The notes beneath the pieces are model-generated. The model made no database searches. It had not been told where the DNA came from and worked only from the letters and a program-made list of their open reading frames with translations. The position numbers and the translations under genes are program-made. A stretch of DNA of 64,000 bases from Lingula anatina (lineage: Eukaryota; Animalia; Brachiopoda): the NCBI GenBank assembly GCA_051362555.1, contig CM120647.1, positions 14,980,651-15,044,650 on the forward strand, read 5' to 3'. Shown here piece by piece: positions 1-10,973 of the stretch. The first letter of the stretch is position 1. The number at the start of each line of letters is the position of its first letter.

Positions 1-592
1 AAACCCTTGAACAATAGTTGTTAATGCTAATACCAAGCTGGGAGTTCCATTCAATTATATTATAACAGATCAGACTATCCTGCAGGTGACGTTGTGTTAG
101 AGCCCTTTCACTAACTGTATTCAGAAACAGTGATGCCAAAATGCAGAATTTTTCAGTTACGTTTAAGGTAACCCAACATCCCTGTTGCACCTCATATAAG
201 TCAATGTTAATTTTCTCTACGCCGGGCGAAAGAGTCCACAAGGACGTCTCCACGAAATTCTCTTCTAAAGACAGGAATAGTCGTCCAATGTCTCCATCAG
301 TCCAAATCCAGAAATATTTCCCGATTTGGTCACTTCTGTTTTTTGCACGCCAGAACTCTTCACTGTAATATGGTCGAACTATGGGATTCAAGCGAACAAA
401 CCGGATGTTGGTACTAGAAAAATTGCCATTGATTTGTTGTGTGCTCTCTTCTGTCATGTTCAACTGACAGTTAGAATGGAGCAAAATGTCGAGGCAGTCC
501 ACATTTGGGGGAGTGTCTTCAGCCTGTGTTTTGGCGAAGTTCAATTGAAATACCACGAATATTAGAAATACTTTCGCTATTTTCACTTCCAT
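1..592 (-). CDS. Membrane-protein family copy 0, N-terminal part (runs off window start)
   Basis: Manual translation MEVKIAKVFLIFVVFQLNFAKTQAEDTPPNVDC...LQDSLICYNIIEWNSQLGISINNYCSRV, open to position 1; homologous to the other copies; acceptor at 616 and donor GTAAGT at 829 upstream. Confidence 0.85.
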   Translation of the reverse strand, partial: MEVKIAKVFLIFVVFQLNFAKTQAEDTPPNVDCLDILLHSNCQLNMTEESTQQINGNFSSTNIRFVRLNPIVRPYYSEEFWRAKNRSDQIGKYFWIWTDGDIGRLFLSLEENFVETSLWTLSPGVEKINIDLYEVQQGCWVTLNVTEKFCILASLFLNTVSERALTQRHLQDSLICYNIIEWNSQLGISINNYCSRV

Positions 593-1222
593 TTCGCTCT
601 GAATGGTTGCAGGATCTGTAGACAAATGAAAAGACAGTTTCCATTTAGAAATGACACCCAACAGCCATTCACTGTAATATGCAGCAAAATCATATTTCAA
701 AATCAGTATTTAATCTATAAAACCTAAAAATAAACATTGTAAGATACTTACCTGCTACCGTACAATTTATATTTGACTAAAACTGAAGAGGGCAGTTTTT
801 ATCTCTGACATTCACTATAGTCCACTTACCAGTATCTACTAGTATTTTGTCGTCAGCAGAACAGTTTCACCTGTACTTTCAGGATGTTTCCACTCAACGT
901 CTACAAAGACCGGAGTGCTTGTTCGTAATATGGATGCTTTCGCTTTAACTTCCAAACGACGAGTAAGCACCGATCGCAAGGGAGCCAAACAGCACCTTTG
1001 GGTAAACAACCTAACGCTTGAATTATATTCGTATTGTTCAATTTCTGCATAGCGTTGACATTGTATTTTTGAATTGGTCTGCATTACAATATCCTTTAGA
1101 AATGGGCAACAAATAAGAAAAGAAAAACATATACGGCAAGCAGTAGACAGGACTTCATACAATGTACTCAGCCAAAATCATGCTCAGGCTATTTACGCAT
1201 TTTTGTAAAACGCAGATTAAAC

Positions 1223-1345
1223 GTGTGTGTGTGTGTGTGTGTGTGTGTTAGATAGATAGATAGATACATCGGGATACATCATTATAGATAGATAGATACA
1301 TCAGGATACATCATTATAGATAGATAGATAGATAGATAGATAGAT
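1223..1345. repeat. Microsatellites (GT)n/(GATA)n; others (GT)n 5316-5350, (TA)n 28541-28614 and 57895-57976, (TTA)n 38018-38060, (CT)n(CA)n 51639-51686
   Basis: Directly visible. Confidence 0.95.
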
Positions 1346-1942
1346 CAGGGTACATAATCGATTGTATGTGAGAAAGAAAACATATATTATGCTTGAATGT
1401 GTTTTTAGATTATATCCAACGGTCGATAAATCTAAAGCCAAATGTTCGACATGTCTGTCCCTACCTCTCTATTGCCCCCTTTTTATGTTTCATTATTTTT
1501 TTCAAGAATGAGTACCGATATTGATGTTTATATTTATCTGTGCAAATTTTGTGCTTTACGGGTAATAGATAACACAGAGCAGGTCAGTTACTTCTGATAG
1601 ATGGTTTAATTCAGTTAAAATTTACAAAAGATTTTCATAAAGGATGTAAACTTTTATTAATAATAATAATAATAATTTATTGAGCACTGAAATGTTTTTA
1701 CATTTAGAGGCTCTCTAGCTACTATACATTATACATATGGAAAGATAGTAAGGATAGTAAGTAAATGAAAAAGAAAAAAAAATTAAATTAAAGTCGTCAG
1801 TTCTTTACTACCACTGACTCCTTCCAAACCCTAATTTAAGATTTAGGCCTAAATACACTCAAATATAAAACACTAGGCTACCAAAAGATACATTGATTTG
1901 AACATAAACACAAAATGCCCAACAAGCATAACTTCTTGTGCA

Positions 1943-2038
1943 ACAAACTACAATTTCACTGGCTATACATAATTAATATACATTTTATAAACAAACTACA
2001 ATTACACTGGCTATACATAATTAATATACATTTTATAA
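1943..2038. repeat. 48-bp tandem duplication
   Basis: acaaactacaatt(t/a)cactggctatacataattaatatacattttataa twice. Confidence 0.9.
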
Positions 2039-2381
2039 AATGTATCATATACATGTAGTTTATGCATAAGGAATATAAAGAGGGCAAAATGAAATTAAAT
2101 GGATTGAAAGCTATTTCCTCCTGACCCTATCTTAAGATTTATGACTATACACAACCCTCTACCGTGGTCACAGAGGGAATATTTTTGACAAGGTGTGCAC
2201 AGTGGTTATTTACTAAGAGTGCACATTTCTTTCCTGTGACAGCGAGTTTTTACTTACAAATTGTCTCAAGGAATAACAAACATCCTTCAGTTATTCATCA
2301 CAAAAAGCAAACAAGAGAAATTGAATATGCTACGCGCACTGCCTAGATTTTAGAAGACAGACTAAAGTAAGACGTCTAACA

Positions 2382-4724
2382 CTACTCTATGCTCCTTTGG
2401 TTGGGAATCTCGTTGTCTTTTATATATTTATTAACTGTTTCACGGACAGTAACCTCCCAACTATGCTTAAGAGCATCTTTGTTACCTTCCGTGTTGAAAA
2501 GGCTCAGCACAAGACTCGGAATGGACGCGGTGATGAAGGAAACAATTCCCTGACCGCTAATTTGTAATTCCGAAACGTCACGGAAATTTAACAGTGTTAA
2601 CATCAAAAAGATTGCCATGGCAACTGCGGCGATGGAGGTAATACATGCCACTGCTATACCCTCATCCAAGGGAAGAATTTTTTTATAAATGGACACCCAC
2701 AAGTCTTTAGGGATGCTCTCCCAACCGTTGTCATCTGATTTGTACAATAGAATATATTGTTCTTTGTCTTGCGCTGCAGCAGGCGATTGTTGCCTGCCTG
2801 TTGCTTGTGCGTTTTCACAATCAGCGATTTCTTCTTCAGTGCTTTCTTGAAAGTAAAGTTCAATGACTTTTTCTGGAGGAAGAGGAGGAGGAGACTGTGA
2901 GCTGTTAGTAGCGTTACCCTCTCCAACATTACGTGGAGCCACAGATGTCGCACTTACAGAAGATGAGGCTCCTTCATTAATAACATTTTCCAAGGGTGTA
3001 CATGTGTCATTATTGTTTGGTAAAGCATGTGTGTCAGAACAGTCTTCGCTATTAGCGTTGAGTGGAACACATTTTATGTACCTAGGACAACTTGATGAAC
3101 ATTCTTTAAATGCAATTGTTTTCAATACAAGGTACTTTTCTTGTAAAGCATAGAACGGATGGCAGACGTAATATATCACTGATAAACCTAATATAATGTA
3201 CGGCAATACAATGTCGTAATTTATGATGGCACCGGTCAAAGTCATTGTTACCACTGGAATCCAGATGCCTAAAGATGCCATACAACATATCATGACATAT
3301 CCATCTAAATAAATTGCTGTTAGTTTTTTCAACTTACGTTTGGTACCTGCTCGGCTTGGTAGAGGAATTGCTCCCCCGAAAATGACAGTAATTAGAGGTG
3401 CAGTGACTAAAGGGATAATTAATAATCCTCCAATTAATCTTAATAATGACAAGGGCGCATTTCTAAGATTTAAACGCGATCCTATATCCTCTTTCAACTC
3501 TTTGAACAAATCTATTGCCCCTAACAAGCTCTTTCTCATATTATTTTCAAGGGAAATATAATCACCTAAATAACTGCTTATTGTACAGTCTATGTTTCTA
3601 GTTTCTGACTGTAGTCTCAATGCGCGACGGAGCTGCTTAAATCTTTCATTCGCAGCAAAATCAATTATTGTTTTACATTCTTCAAATTCAATTGCCGGTT
3701 GTATAGCGTAATATAACGAAAGAGAGACGAGCAGTAGAAGACCTACACACACAATAGGTATAAAGTAAATGTAATTTTCTGTGTAATCTTTGTAATAAAT
3801 GAAATCGATGGAAAACTTATAAATGAAAGCTGAATTAGCCACAGGGTACGTTAACAAATGCATCACCAGAACGGCAGACAACCGTTTGCCAGGCGAAAAA
3901 TATTCACTAAGAGGGGTTTGTGCCTTAATAGAGCTATTTATCTCGAAGTTCTTCATGTTAGCTTGCAGTTTTTGAGAACATCGAACAGTGAATAGTTCTG
4001 GAAAAAAACAGACGATAAACAGTGGTAAAAAGAATCCCGCAATGAATATGACTGTATATTTTAAAATATAGAAATTCCATAGCCCAGTACCAGTATCCTC
4101 CGGCGAAAAAGTTAACTTTGAAACATTGGAGATATCTGAGCACTGGTAACTACTAGGCACGTCCCATACTAGTACGTTAATCAACTCCGTCTTAGTATAG
4201 CAAATGACACTGTCCTGCAAGCGATGTTGTGTAACAGCTATTTCATGAATTGTTTCCACAAACAGTGTCGCTAGGGTGCAGAATTGCTCAGTCACGTTTA
4301 AGGTAACCCAACACCCTTCTTGTACCTCATATAAGTCGATGTTAATTTTCCCCACACCGGGTGAAAGAGTCCATAAGGACATCTCCACGAAATTGTAATC
4401 CAGGGACAGGTACTGTCGCCCAATGTCATCAGCCCAAACCCAGAAATATTTCCCAATTTCATCACTCCTGTTTTTAGTACGCCAGAACTCATCACTGTAA
4501 TATGGCCGAACTATGGGATTCAAGCGAACAAAGGTGGCTTTGGGGTTAGACAAGTTTCCGTTGATAAGTTGTGTACTCTCTTCCGTCATGTTTAACTGAC
4601 ATTTGGAATGGAGCATGATGTTGAGACAGTCCATGTTTTGGGAAATGTCTTCAGCCTGTGTTTTGGCAATGTTTAATTGAAGTACCACGAATATTAAATA
4701 TACTTTCGCAATTTTCACTTCCAT
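2382..4724 (-). CDS. Uncharacterised multi-pass membrane protein, subtype A (A1), 780 aa, single coding exon
   Basis: Long intact ORF; start taken at the MEVKIAK Met (4724) because a conserved splice acceptor lies 23 nt upstream and a signal peptide follows; Cys-rich ectodomain with N-x-S/T sites; ~8 hydrophobic segments. Confidence 0.9.
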   Translation of the reverse strand: MEVKIAKVYLIFVVLQLNIAKTQAEDISQNMDCLNIMLHSKCQLNMTEESTQLINGNLSNPKATFVRLNPIVRPYYSDEFWRTKNRSDEIGKYFWVWADDIGRQYLSLDYNFVEMSLWTLSPGVGKINIDLYEVQEGCWVTLNVTEQFCTLATLFVETIHEIAVTQHRLQDSVICYTKTELINVLVWDVPSSYQCSDISNVSKLTFSPEDTGTGLWNFYILKYTVIFIAGFFLPLFIVCFFPELFTVRCSQKLQANMKNFEINSSIKAQTPLSEYFSPGKRLSAVLVMHLLTYPVANSAFIYKFSIDFIYYKDYTENYIYFIPIVCVGLLLLVSLSLYYAIQPAIEFEECKTIIDFAANERFKQLRRALRLQSETRNIDCTISSYLGDYISLENNMRKSLLGAIDLFKELKEDIGSRLNLRNAPLSLLRLIGGLLIIPLVTAPLITVIFGGAIPLPSRAGTKRKLKKLTAIYLDGYVMICCMASLGIWIPVVTMTLTGAIINYDIVLPYIILGLSVIYYVCHPFYALQEKYLVLKTIAFKECSSSCPRYIKCVPLNANSEDCSDTHALPNNNDTCTPLENVINEGASSSVSATSVAPRNVGEGNATNSSQSPPPLPPEKVIELYFQESTEEEIADCENAQATGRQQSPAAAQDKEQYILLYKSDDNGWESIPKDLWVSIYKKILPLDEGIAVACITSIAAVAMAIFLMLTLLNFRDVSELQISGQGIVSFITASIPSLVLSLFNTEGNKDALKHSWEVTVRETVNKYIKDNEIPNQRSIE

Positions 4725-4747
4725 TTTGCTTAGGGTGGTTGCAGGAT

Positions 4748-4943
4748 CTATAGACAGACGGAAAGACATATTATATTTAAAAATAACACCCAACTACCAT
4801 TCACTAAAAACTCATCAGGCACAGCATTAGATATAACAAATGAACGCTGTGAGATGCTTAGGCGCTACAGAACAAATTACATATAACCAGATCTGAAGAG
4901 GACATGCAGTTCTTATCTTTGACATTTACAATAGTCCACATAC
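4748..4943 (-). other. Conserved 5'-UTR intron of subtype A/C genes (also 616-829, 32835-33039, 48351-48560)
   Basis: Minus-strand donors G|GTATGT, G|GTAAGT and G|GTGCGT and pyrimidine-rich acceptors (tgtctayag|AT) at the same position in four copies, 196-214 nt long. Confidence 0.7.
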
Positions 4944-5313
4944 CATCTATTAGTATTTTTTTCGTCAGCTGAACAGTTCCACTAGTAGGCCTACGTTTAG
5001 AATGTCGGCAATCAATGTCTGCAAACACTGGACCGTCTGTTCGGTAATACTAATACTTAAACTTCCAACGGAGATGTAAACTTCGTGCGGCCCCAAAGCA
5101 CTTAAAATTTATTTTTGAGTAAGCAGCCTGTTAAATCTCCTCAGAGAGTGGAAATTGTAGCTTTAAATGAGTCTGCACTACAATATCCTTTAGAAATTGA
5201 AAAAAAAAGTAAAATAAAAAACATACAGAGAGCAGTAGACGAGACGTTCATACAATATCCTCAGCCGAAAACAGGTTCAGGTATTTACGCTTTTTTTTTG
5301 TAAAACGCGGATT

Positions 5314-5353
<40 letters not shown>

Positions 5354-5389
5354 TAACATCTTTTATAGAGTATTTCCCCTCTTTGTAAT

Positions 5390-6630
5390 TCAAACTCATG
5401 AGATAAGTTTTATTTCATACCCATGATCGATTCGTTTTAAACATGAAACATGAAACCAAATTTTAACACGAAGAGAGTGCAAAAGGTCTGGATCATTTTC
5501 CATTTACCTGTCGTTCAAACAGAAACGTTAATGTGGCAGATGCTATCATCTGAAGTTTGCACACAGCACTGCACTGACGGTGCGGAAATAAAAACTCGTA
5601 TTTAATATAATAGACTGTAATAGACGGCTTTTAACGTTATTGTGCAAGGATTATATGTAAAACTTTAAGATCATTCGTCCGTTTTTATTTTAGATTTTCA
5701 TTTTAGAAATAAATTATACAGTTGATGTTGGTTCTTTATCTCACAATCTCACTCTTAAATATCAGTATCATGTCTCACGGATGGGTCCTTTTAACCTGTT
5801 GCTATTTCTTCTTCACACAAGATTGCACTCATGTGGAAGACAAAACGTTTTAAATAAAATTTGCCAAAGGCGGATCTCGAGATTTCAATTTCCCACATTC
5901 AAACACAAACACGAAACTTTTTTTTTCATTTTAACATGGAGAATAAAAAGATATCGGATTGGGCACTTGTATATCAGATGCTGTATATCACATGTATGCA
6001 CTTAGGTCTTTTTACGCCTTTAGATATACTTTTTAAAACACTCAGAACTCACTCTCAAAGGACAATTTTGATCTGTAATATTGGAATGTTTAAATACCTG
6101 TCCATACTTTGTCCTAGACTGGAGTATTGGCCCGCTATGTCAAGAGAAGCAGCAGGGTATTCTCGTTATTTCACCACAACAGACCCACCGTTTACAAGGT
6201 GACAATGGTACCTTCGTTTTGGTTTTGATATCAATAAATGCTTCTGCCTTAAATGTCGATAAATAATACGGTTGACCATAAATATAGATTTTAATGTTTA
6301 CGTTGTTAGCCTTGCCATAGAAAAATCAAATTAAAATAATAAGCTGGTATGCAGAAAAAAAACTAACAAAGTAAGAACTATATCAAAATGGCTTACAAGC
6401 AGCATGCGTCTATACCCCTCCTAGCATTAGGGAATTACGCATGTTTTGTCATGCAAGAAGAAATTAAAACGAGTGGGTAGTTGGGGTTGGGGATCACACA
6501 GAGGCAGAAGATAACCAAACCCTCTTAATTATCTTAATTAGGTGACTTTTAAAATGCAAACTTGCCGAGCAAAGAGAGATAAAAATTAGTGCAGATCCCG
6601 CGCTCTGTTTTGCCATAGCCAAATGTTATA
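5390..6630. repeat. Conserved non-coding block repeated between family genes (also ~11680-13400, 27660-28320, 42560-43220)
   Basis: Shared motifs such as aaatacctgt, ctggagtattg, gtgacaatggtac, ggggatcacacagaggcagaagataacc, gccgagcaaagagag. Confidence 0.8.
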
Positions 6631-7905
6631 TATACGAATGCAGCACAAATTCATATGCATTCGTGGCTATTGCAAAATTCAGAAGTGGTTTTTGTAATGG
6701 ATAGGCATGAAATAAAAATATTTGAATAAATAAATGGGAGAAACAAATGCAAGAGCGAGACTTATTTATTTATACTTGTATTACGCTTGAGTCTTTATTT
6801 AGATTATATTCAATAATCGATAAATCTATAATAACAATACGTTTATCAATTTATAGCAACCAAAAGGTTGAAGTTGTACATAAACTAGATTAGCATTTAC
6901 AGCAAATAAAGGATATACAATAGGATCTAAATGACAACCTGTAAAAGATTGTCAAAATCAAAGGAGTTGATTTTTTTAAAATATACAACAAAAGACCAAG
7001 ATGAGTTCTAAAATAAAACACAAACCATTAAAAGTTTGACAAGGAAAAGGGGATAAAGGTGTTTCAAAAACGTTTGGTTCTGAATTTTGGTACACTACAA
7101 TTTACTGGCTGTGTCCTAGTTTTCTAAGTGGTTTGCAGGTTTTCTAAAGCATAATGTTCGGGATATCTCCCGCTGTCTCTCTTTCCTCTGTTTTAATGCA
7201 TATCACTATAGGATGATGACCGACATAAAAGCTTTTTGTTTGTTTGTGCTAGAGTATTAAAACAACACAGAACTTAATTACTTCTTACATTTATTATTTT
7301 TAAATGTAGCAGCATTTCATAACTTATTTACAAATGGTGTCCTTGAAGGGTGTAAAATTATGTAAAGATCGGCAGTTCTTCACTACCATTGATTCCTTGT
7401 ATAAACCAAAAAGTAAGTTTGAATCAATATTATAACAATATTATTAACCTTTGATTGTAGAAGAAATGGTCAACTAACCAATTGTTTTCATAAAGATTTA
7501 TAGGCCTACATGTAATCAAAGATAAAGAATTACCAGAAGAAACATTGATTTGAATACATAAACAAAATACCCAACAATCACTAGTTCTAGTGAAACCAAA
7601 CAGCAACGCCGGTTAAACATAAAAATATACATTTTAGAAACTTCATCACATACATGTAATTTATGTACAAGAAAAATAATGGGCAAAGTGAAATAAAATC
7701 TTAAGATCTTTGACAGGATATGCACAGTGGTAATTAACTATGAGTGCACATTTCTTTTCTGTGACTGTCAGCTTTTTCTTATTTTTACGGAATAACAAAC
7801 ATCCTTCAGTTATTCATCGCAAAAAGCTAAAACAAGATACAATGAATGCATCGCGCATTGGCTAAATTTTAGAAGACACAAAAAAGTAACACGTCTTATA
7901 TCACT

Positions 7906-10341
7906 CTATGCTCCTTTGGTTTCGTTTTCTTTTACATATTTGTTAACTTTTTCACGGACCGTAACCTCCCAACTACGTTTAAGGGCTTCTTTGCTACCTT
8001 CCGAGTTGAAAAAGCTCAAAACATATTTTGGAATGGACGCGGTGATGAAGGAAACTATTCCCTGACCGCTTAGTTGTAATTCCGAAACGCCACGGAAATT
8101 CACCACTGCTAACATCAAAACGATTGCCATGGCAACTGTGGCTATGGAGGTAATACATGCCTTTATTACGCCTACATCCAAGGGAATAAGTATTTTATAA
8201 ATGGAAACCCAAAGCTCTTTAGGGATGCTCTCCAAACCGTTGTCATCTGATTTGTATAACATAATGTATTGTTCGATGTCTTGCTCTGGAGAAGGCGATG
8301 GGCGGCTGCCGGTTGTTTGTACGTTTTCATTATCAGCGATGCTCTCTTCAGTGATACTCCGAAGAAAAGATGGCGTGCTTGAAGTATATGAGGGTTCTCG
8401 ATTAAGAACGCATTCCGACATGGTTGTCTCCTCATTGTTTGTCAAAACATGCGAGTCGGAACCGTCTGCTCCTTGAACAAAGTATATGTCTTGTTCTGGA
8501 GGAGGAGGAGACTGTGGACTCATGGAATCATTATCCTCTGCAATATTACGTGGGTTCACAGATGTCGCACTTGAAGAAAGTAAACATTCTTCATTACAAC
8601 ATTCCAACAGGGGTGCCACCCTATTTTTTAGTATGCCATGTGAATCGGAAACGTCTGCGCTGATGGCGTTGACTGGACCATATTTAATGTACTTCGGGCC
8701 AAGTGATGAGCATTCTCTAAATACAATGGCTTTCAATACAAGGTACTTTTCTTGTAAAGCATAGAACGGATGGCAGACGTAGTAAAGGACGGATAGAGCC
8801 AATATAATGTACGGGAGTGCAATGTCGTAATTTATGATGGTACCAATCAAAGCAATATTTAATATTGACATCCAGACACTTGCAGACGCCGCAAAACACA
8901 CCATAGTAGCTCCATCTAAGTAACTCATTGTTAGCTTTTTCAAACCTGGGCTAATTTTGGTATTTGAATTGCTTGGTAGAGGAATCGCTCCTCCGAACGT
9001 GACAGTAGTTAGAGGTGCAGTGACTAAAGGGATAATTAAAAGTCCTCCAATTAATCTTAACAATGACAAAGGTGCATTTCTAAGGTTTAAACGTGATCCT
9101 ATGTCCTCTTTCAGCTCCTTTAGCAAATCTAGTGCACCTAACAAGCTATTTTTCATATTATTTTCGAGAGAAACATAATCACCCAAATAACTACTTATTG
9201 TGCAGTCAATGTTTTGAATTTTTGACTCGAGTCTCAATACAAACCTAAGCATATTGAATCTATAATTCGCAAGGTGATTAATTTTTGTTTTGCATTCTTC
9301 AAATTCAATTGCCGGTAGCATAGCGGAATATAACGAAACTAAAATGAACACAACAAACAATATGCAGATAAAAGGTAGCACGTAAGCATACGTTTCCGTG
9401 TAATCTTTATAATAAATGATATCGATGATATTCTGATAAAATACGGCTATATTCGCCAGAGGGTAGGTGAAAATACACATCACTAGAACGGCAGACAGTC
9501 GATTGCCCGGCGAAAATAATTCACTTAGGGGCGTTTGTGCTTTAGAGCTATTTATCTCAAATTTTTTCATGTTAGCTTGCATTTTTTGAGAACATCGAGT
9601 AGTTAATATCTCTGGAAAAAACAACACGCAAAACAATGGGAAATAGAATGCCGCAATACCGATGATTGTATATCTTAAAGCATTGAAATCCAATATCCCA
9701 ATACCAGTATCTTCCAGTGAAAATGTTAAATTTGTAACATTGGAGATATCTGCGCACTGGTAAGTACTGGGCTTATAAGCTGTTGCAAGCATGTAGGAGA
9801 AATCCGTTTTGGTATAGCAAATAACACTGTCCTGTAGGCGATGTTGTGTAACAGATATTTCATGAATTGTTTCCACAAACAGTGATGCTAAGGTGCAGAA
9901 TTGCTCAGTCGCGTTTAAGGCAACCCAACATCCTTGTTGCACCTCATGTAAGTCGATGTTAATTTTTCCTACACCAGGTGAAAGAGTCCACAAGGACATC
10001 TCCACGAAATTGTACTCCAGGTGCAGGTACTGTCGCCCAATGTCATCAGCCCAAATCCAGAAATATTCGCCAATTTCATCACTTCTGTTTTTTCCACGCC
10101 AGAACTCATCACTGTAATATGGTCGAACAATGGGATTCAAGCGAACAAAGGTGGTTTTGGGATTAGACAAGTTTCCTTTAATAAGTCGTATACTCTCTTT
10201 TGTCATGTTCAACTGACAGTTAGAATGGAGCGAAATGTCGAGACAGTCCACGTTTGAGGGGATGCCTTCAGCCTGTGTTTTGGCAAAGTTCAATTGAAAT
10301 ACCACGAATATTAGAAATGCTTTCAATATTTTCAGCTCCAT
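7906..10341 (-). CDS. Membrane-protein family subtype A (A2), 811 aa
   Basis: Intact ORF colinear with A1; start MELKILK at 10341; longer Ser/Pro-rich loop. Confidence 0.88.
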   Translation of the reverse strand: MELKILKAFLIFVVFQLNFAKTQAEGIPSNVDCLDISLHSNCQLNMTKESIRLIKGNLSNPKTTFVRLNPIVRPYYSDEFWRGKNRSDEIGEYFWIWADDIGRQYLHLEYNFVEMSLWTLSPGVGKINIDLHEVQQGCWVALNATEQFCTLASLFVETIHEISVTQHRLQDSVICYTKTDFSYMLATAYKPSTYQCADISNVTNLTFSLEDTGIGILDFNALRYTIIGIAAFYFPLFCVLFFPEILTTRCSQKMQANMKKFEINSSKAQTPLSELFSPGNRLSAVLVMCIFTYPLANIAVFYQNIIDIIYYKDYTETYAYVLPFICILFVVFILVSLYSAMLPAIEFEECKTKINHLANYRFNMLRFVLRLESKIQNIDCTISSYLGDYVSLENNMKNSLLGALDLLKELKEDIGSRLNLRNAPLSLLRLIGGLLIIPLVTAPLTTVTFGGAIPLPSNSNTKISPGLKKLTMSYLDGATMVCFAASASVWMSILNIALIGTIINYDIALPYIILALSVLYYVCHPFYALQEKYLVLKAIVFRECSSLGPKYIKYGPVNAISADVSDSHGILKNRVAPLLECCNEECLLSSSATSVNPRNIAEDNDSMSPQSPPPPEQDIYFVQGADGSDSHVLTNNEETTMSECVLNREPSYTSSTPSFLRSITEESIADNENVQTTGSRPSPSPEQDIEQYIMLYKSDDNGLESIPKELWVSIYKILIPLDVGVIKACITSIATVAMAIVLMLAVVNFRGVSELQLSGQGIVSFITASIPKYVLSFFNSEGSKEALKRSWEVTVREKVNKYVKENETKGA

Positions 10342-10823
10342 TTCGCTCCGGGTGGTTGCAGGATCTGTAGACAGATGGATAGACATATTTAGAAATACTA
10401 AACAACCATTCACAGAAGAAACTCATTAGGCACGGCACTAGATATAACAAATGAACACTGTAAGATGCTTAACTTAAGTACGTTGCACTGCCCCCACCCT
10501 TCCTGAGATATTGTATTACTACTTCCTGGTAATTTGTGTTAGGACTTTCTTCCAAGAGAAAGGGAGTACCTAGACTTGTCAATCATTAATGAAAACATCC
10601 TTTGGTAAAATTTTCATTGTGTCAGTAAACATTCCCATTTCCAAACTATTGGTGCCAATCGAGTCCTACCCCTGACAACATTACTGTTTTAAATCAGAAA
10701 ATGTTCATCAATCACAAAGAAAGATAGATTTTTATTACAAATTTAAAAAATTTAAGTTTCATGCTGCACCTCTACCTAGCACTGATTCTCTTGTGTTTAA
10801 CGCGGGTGAAATTAATTTCGAAT

Positions 10824-10973
10824 AATATGGTCGAACTAAGGGATTCAAGTGAACAAACCAGATGCTTGGTCTAGCAAAAATTGCCATTGATTTGCTCTAC
10901 TCTTTGTCGTGATTAAGCTCAATTGAAACTCGATGAAAATGAGAGAACAATTCGCTATTTCCTTGTTTTCCAT
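10824..10973 (-). pseudogene. 5' relic of a subtype B family gene with an internal deletion
   Basis: MENKEIANCSLIFIEFQLS joined directly to decayed NGNF...LNP.VRPY sequence; followed by the B-type upstream region. Confidence 0.75.

Noticed and set aside
141-565. Recurrent plus-strand ORFs (MQNCSVTFKVTQHP..., also 9893, 26606, 41456, 47876)
   Set aside because: Antisense shadows of the conserved ectodomain; non-ATG starts in most copies.
839-1162. 107-aa ORF upstream of copy 0
   Set aside because: Non-ATG start and frame not kept in the paralogous blocks; overlaps the predicted UTR exon/promoter.
2382-4724. Family as GPCRs or retroviral/viral envelope genes
   Set aside because: No DRY/NPxxY or GPS motif, TM spacing is broken by two large loops, and there are no flanking LTRs or gag/pol; remote homology cannot be excluded without profile searches.
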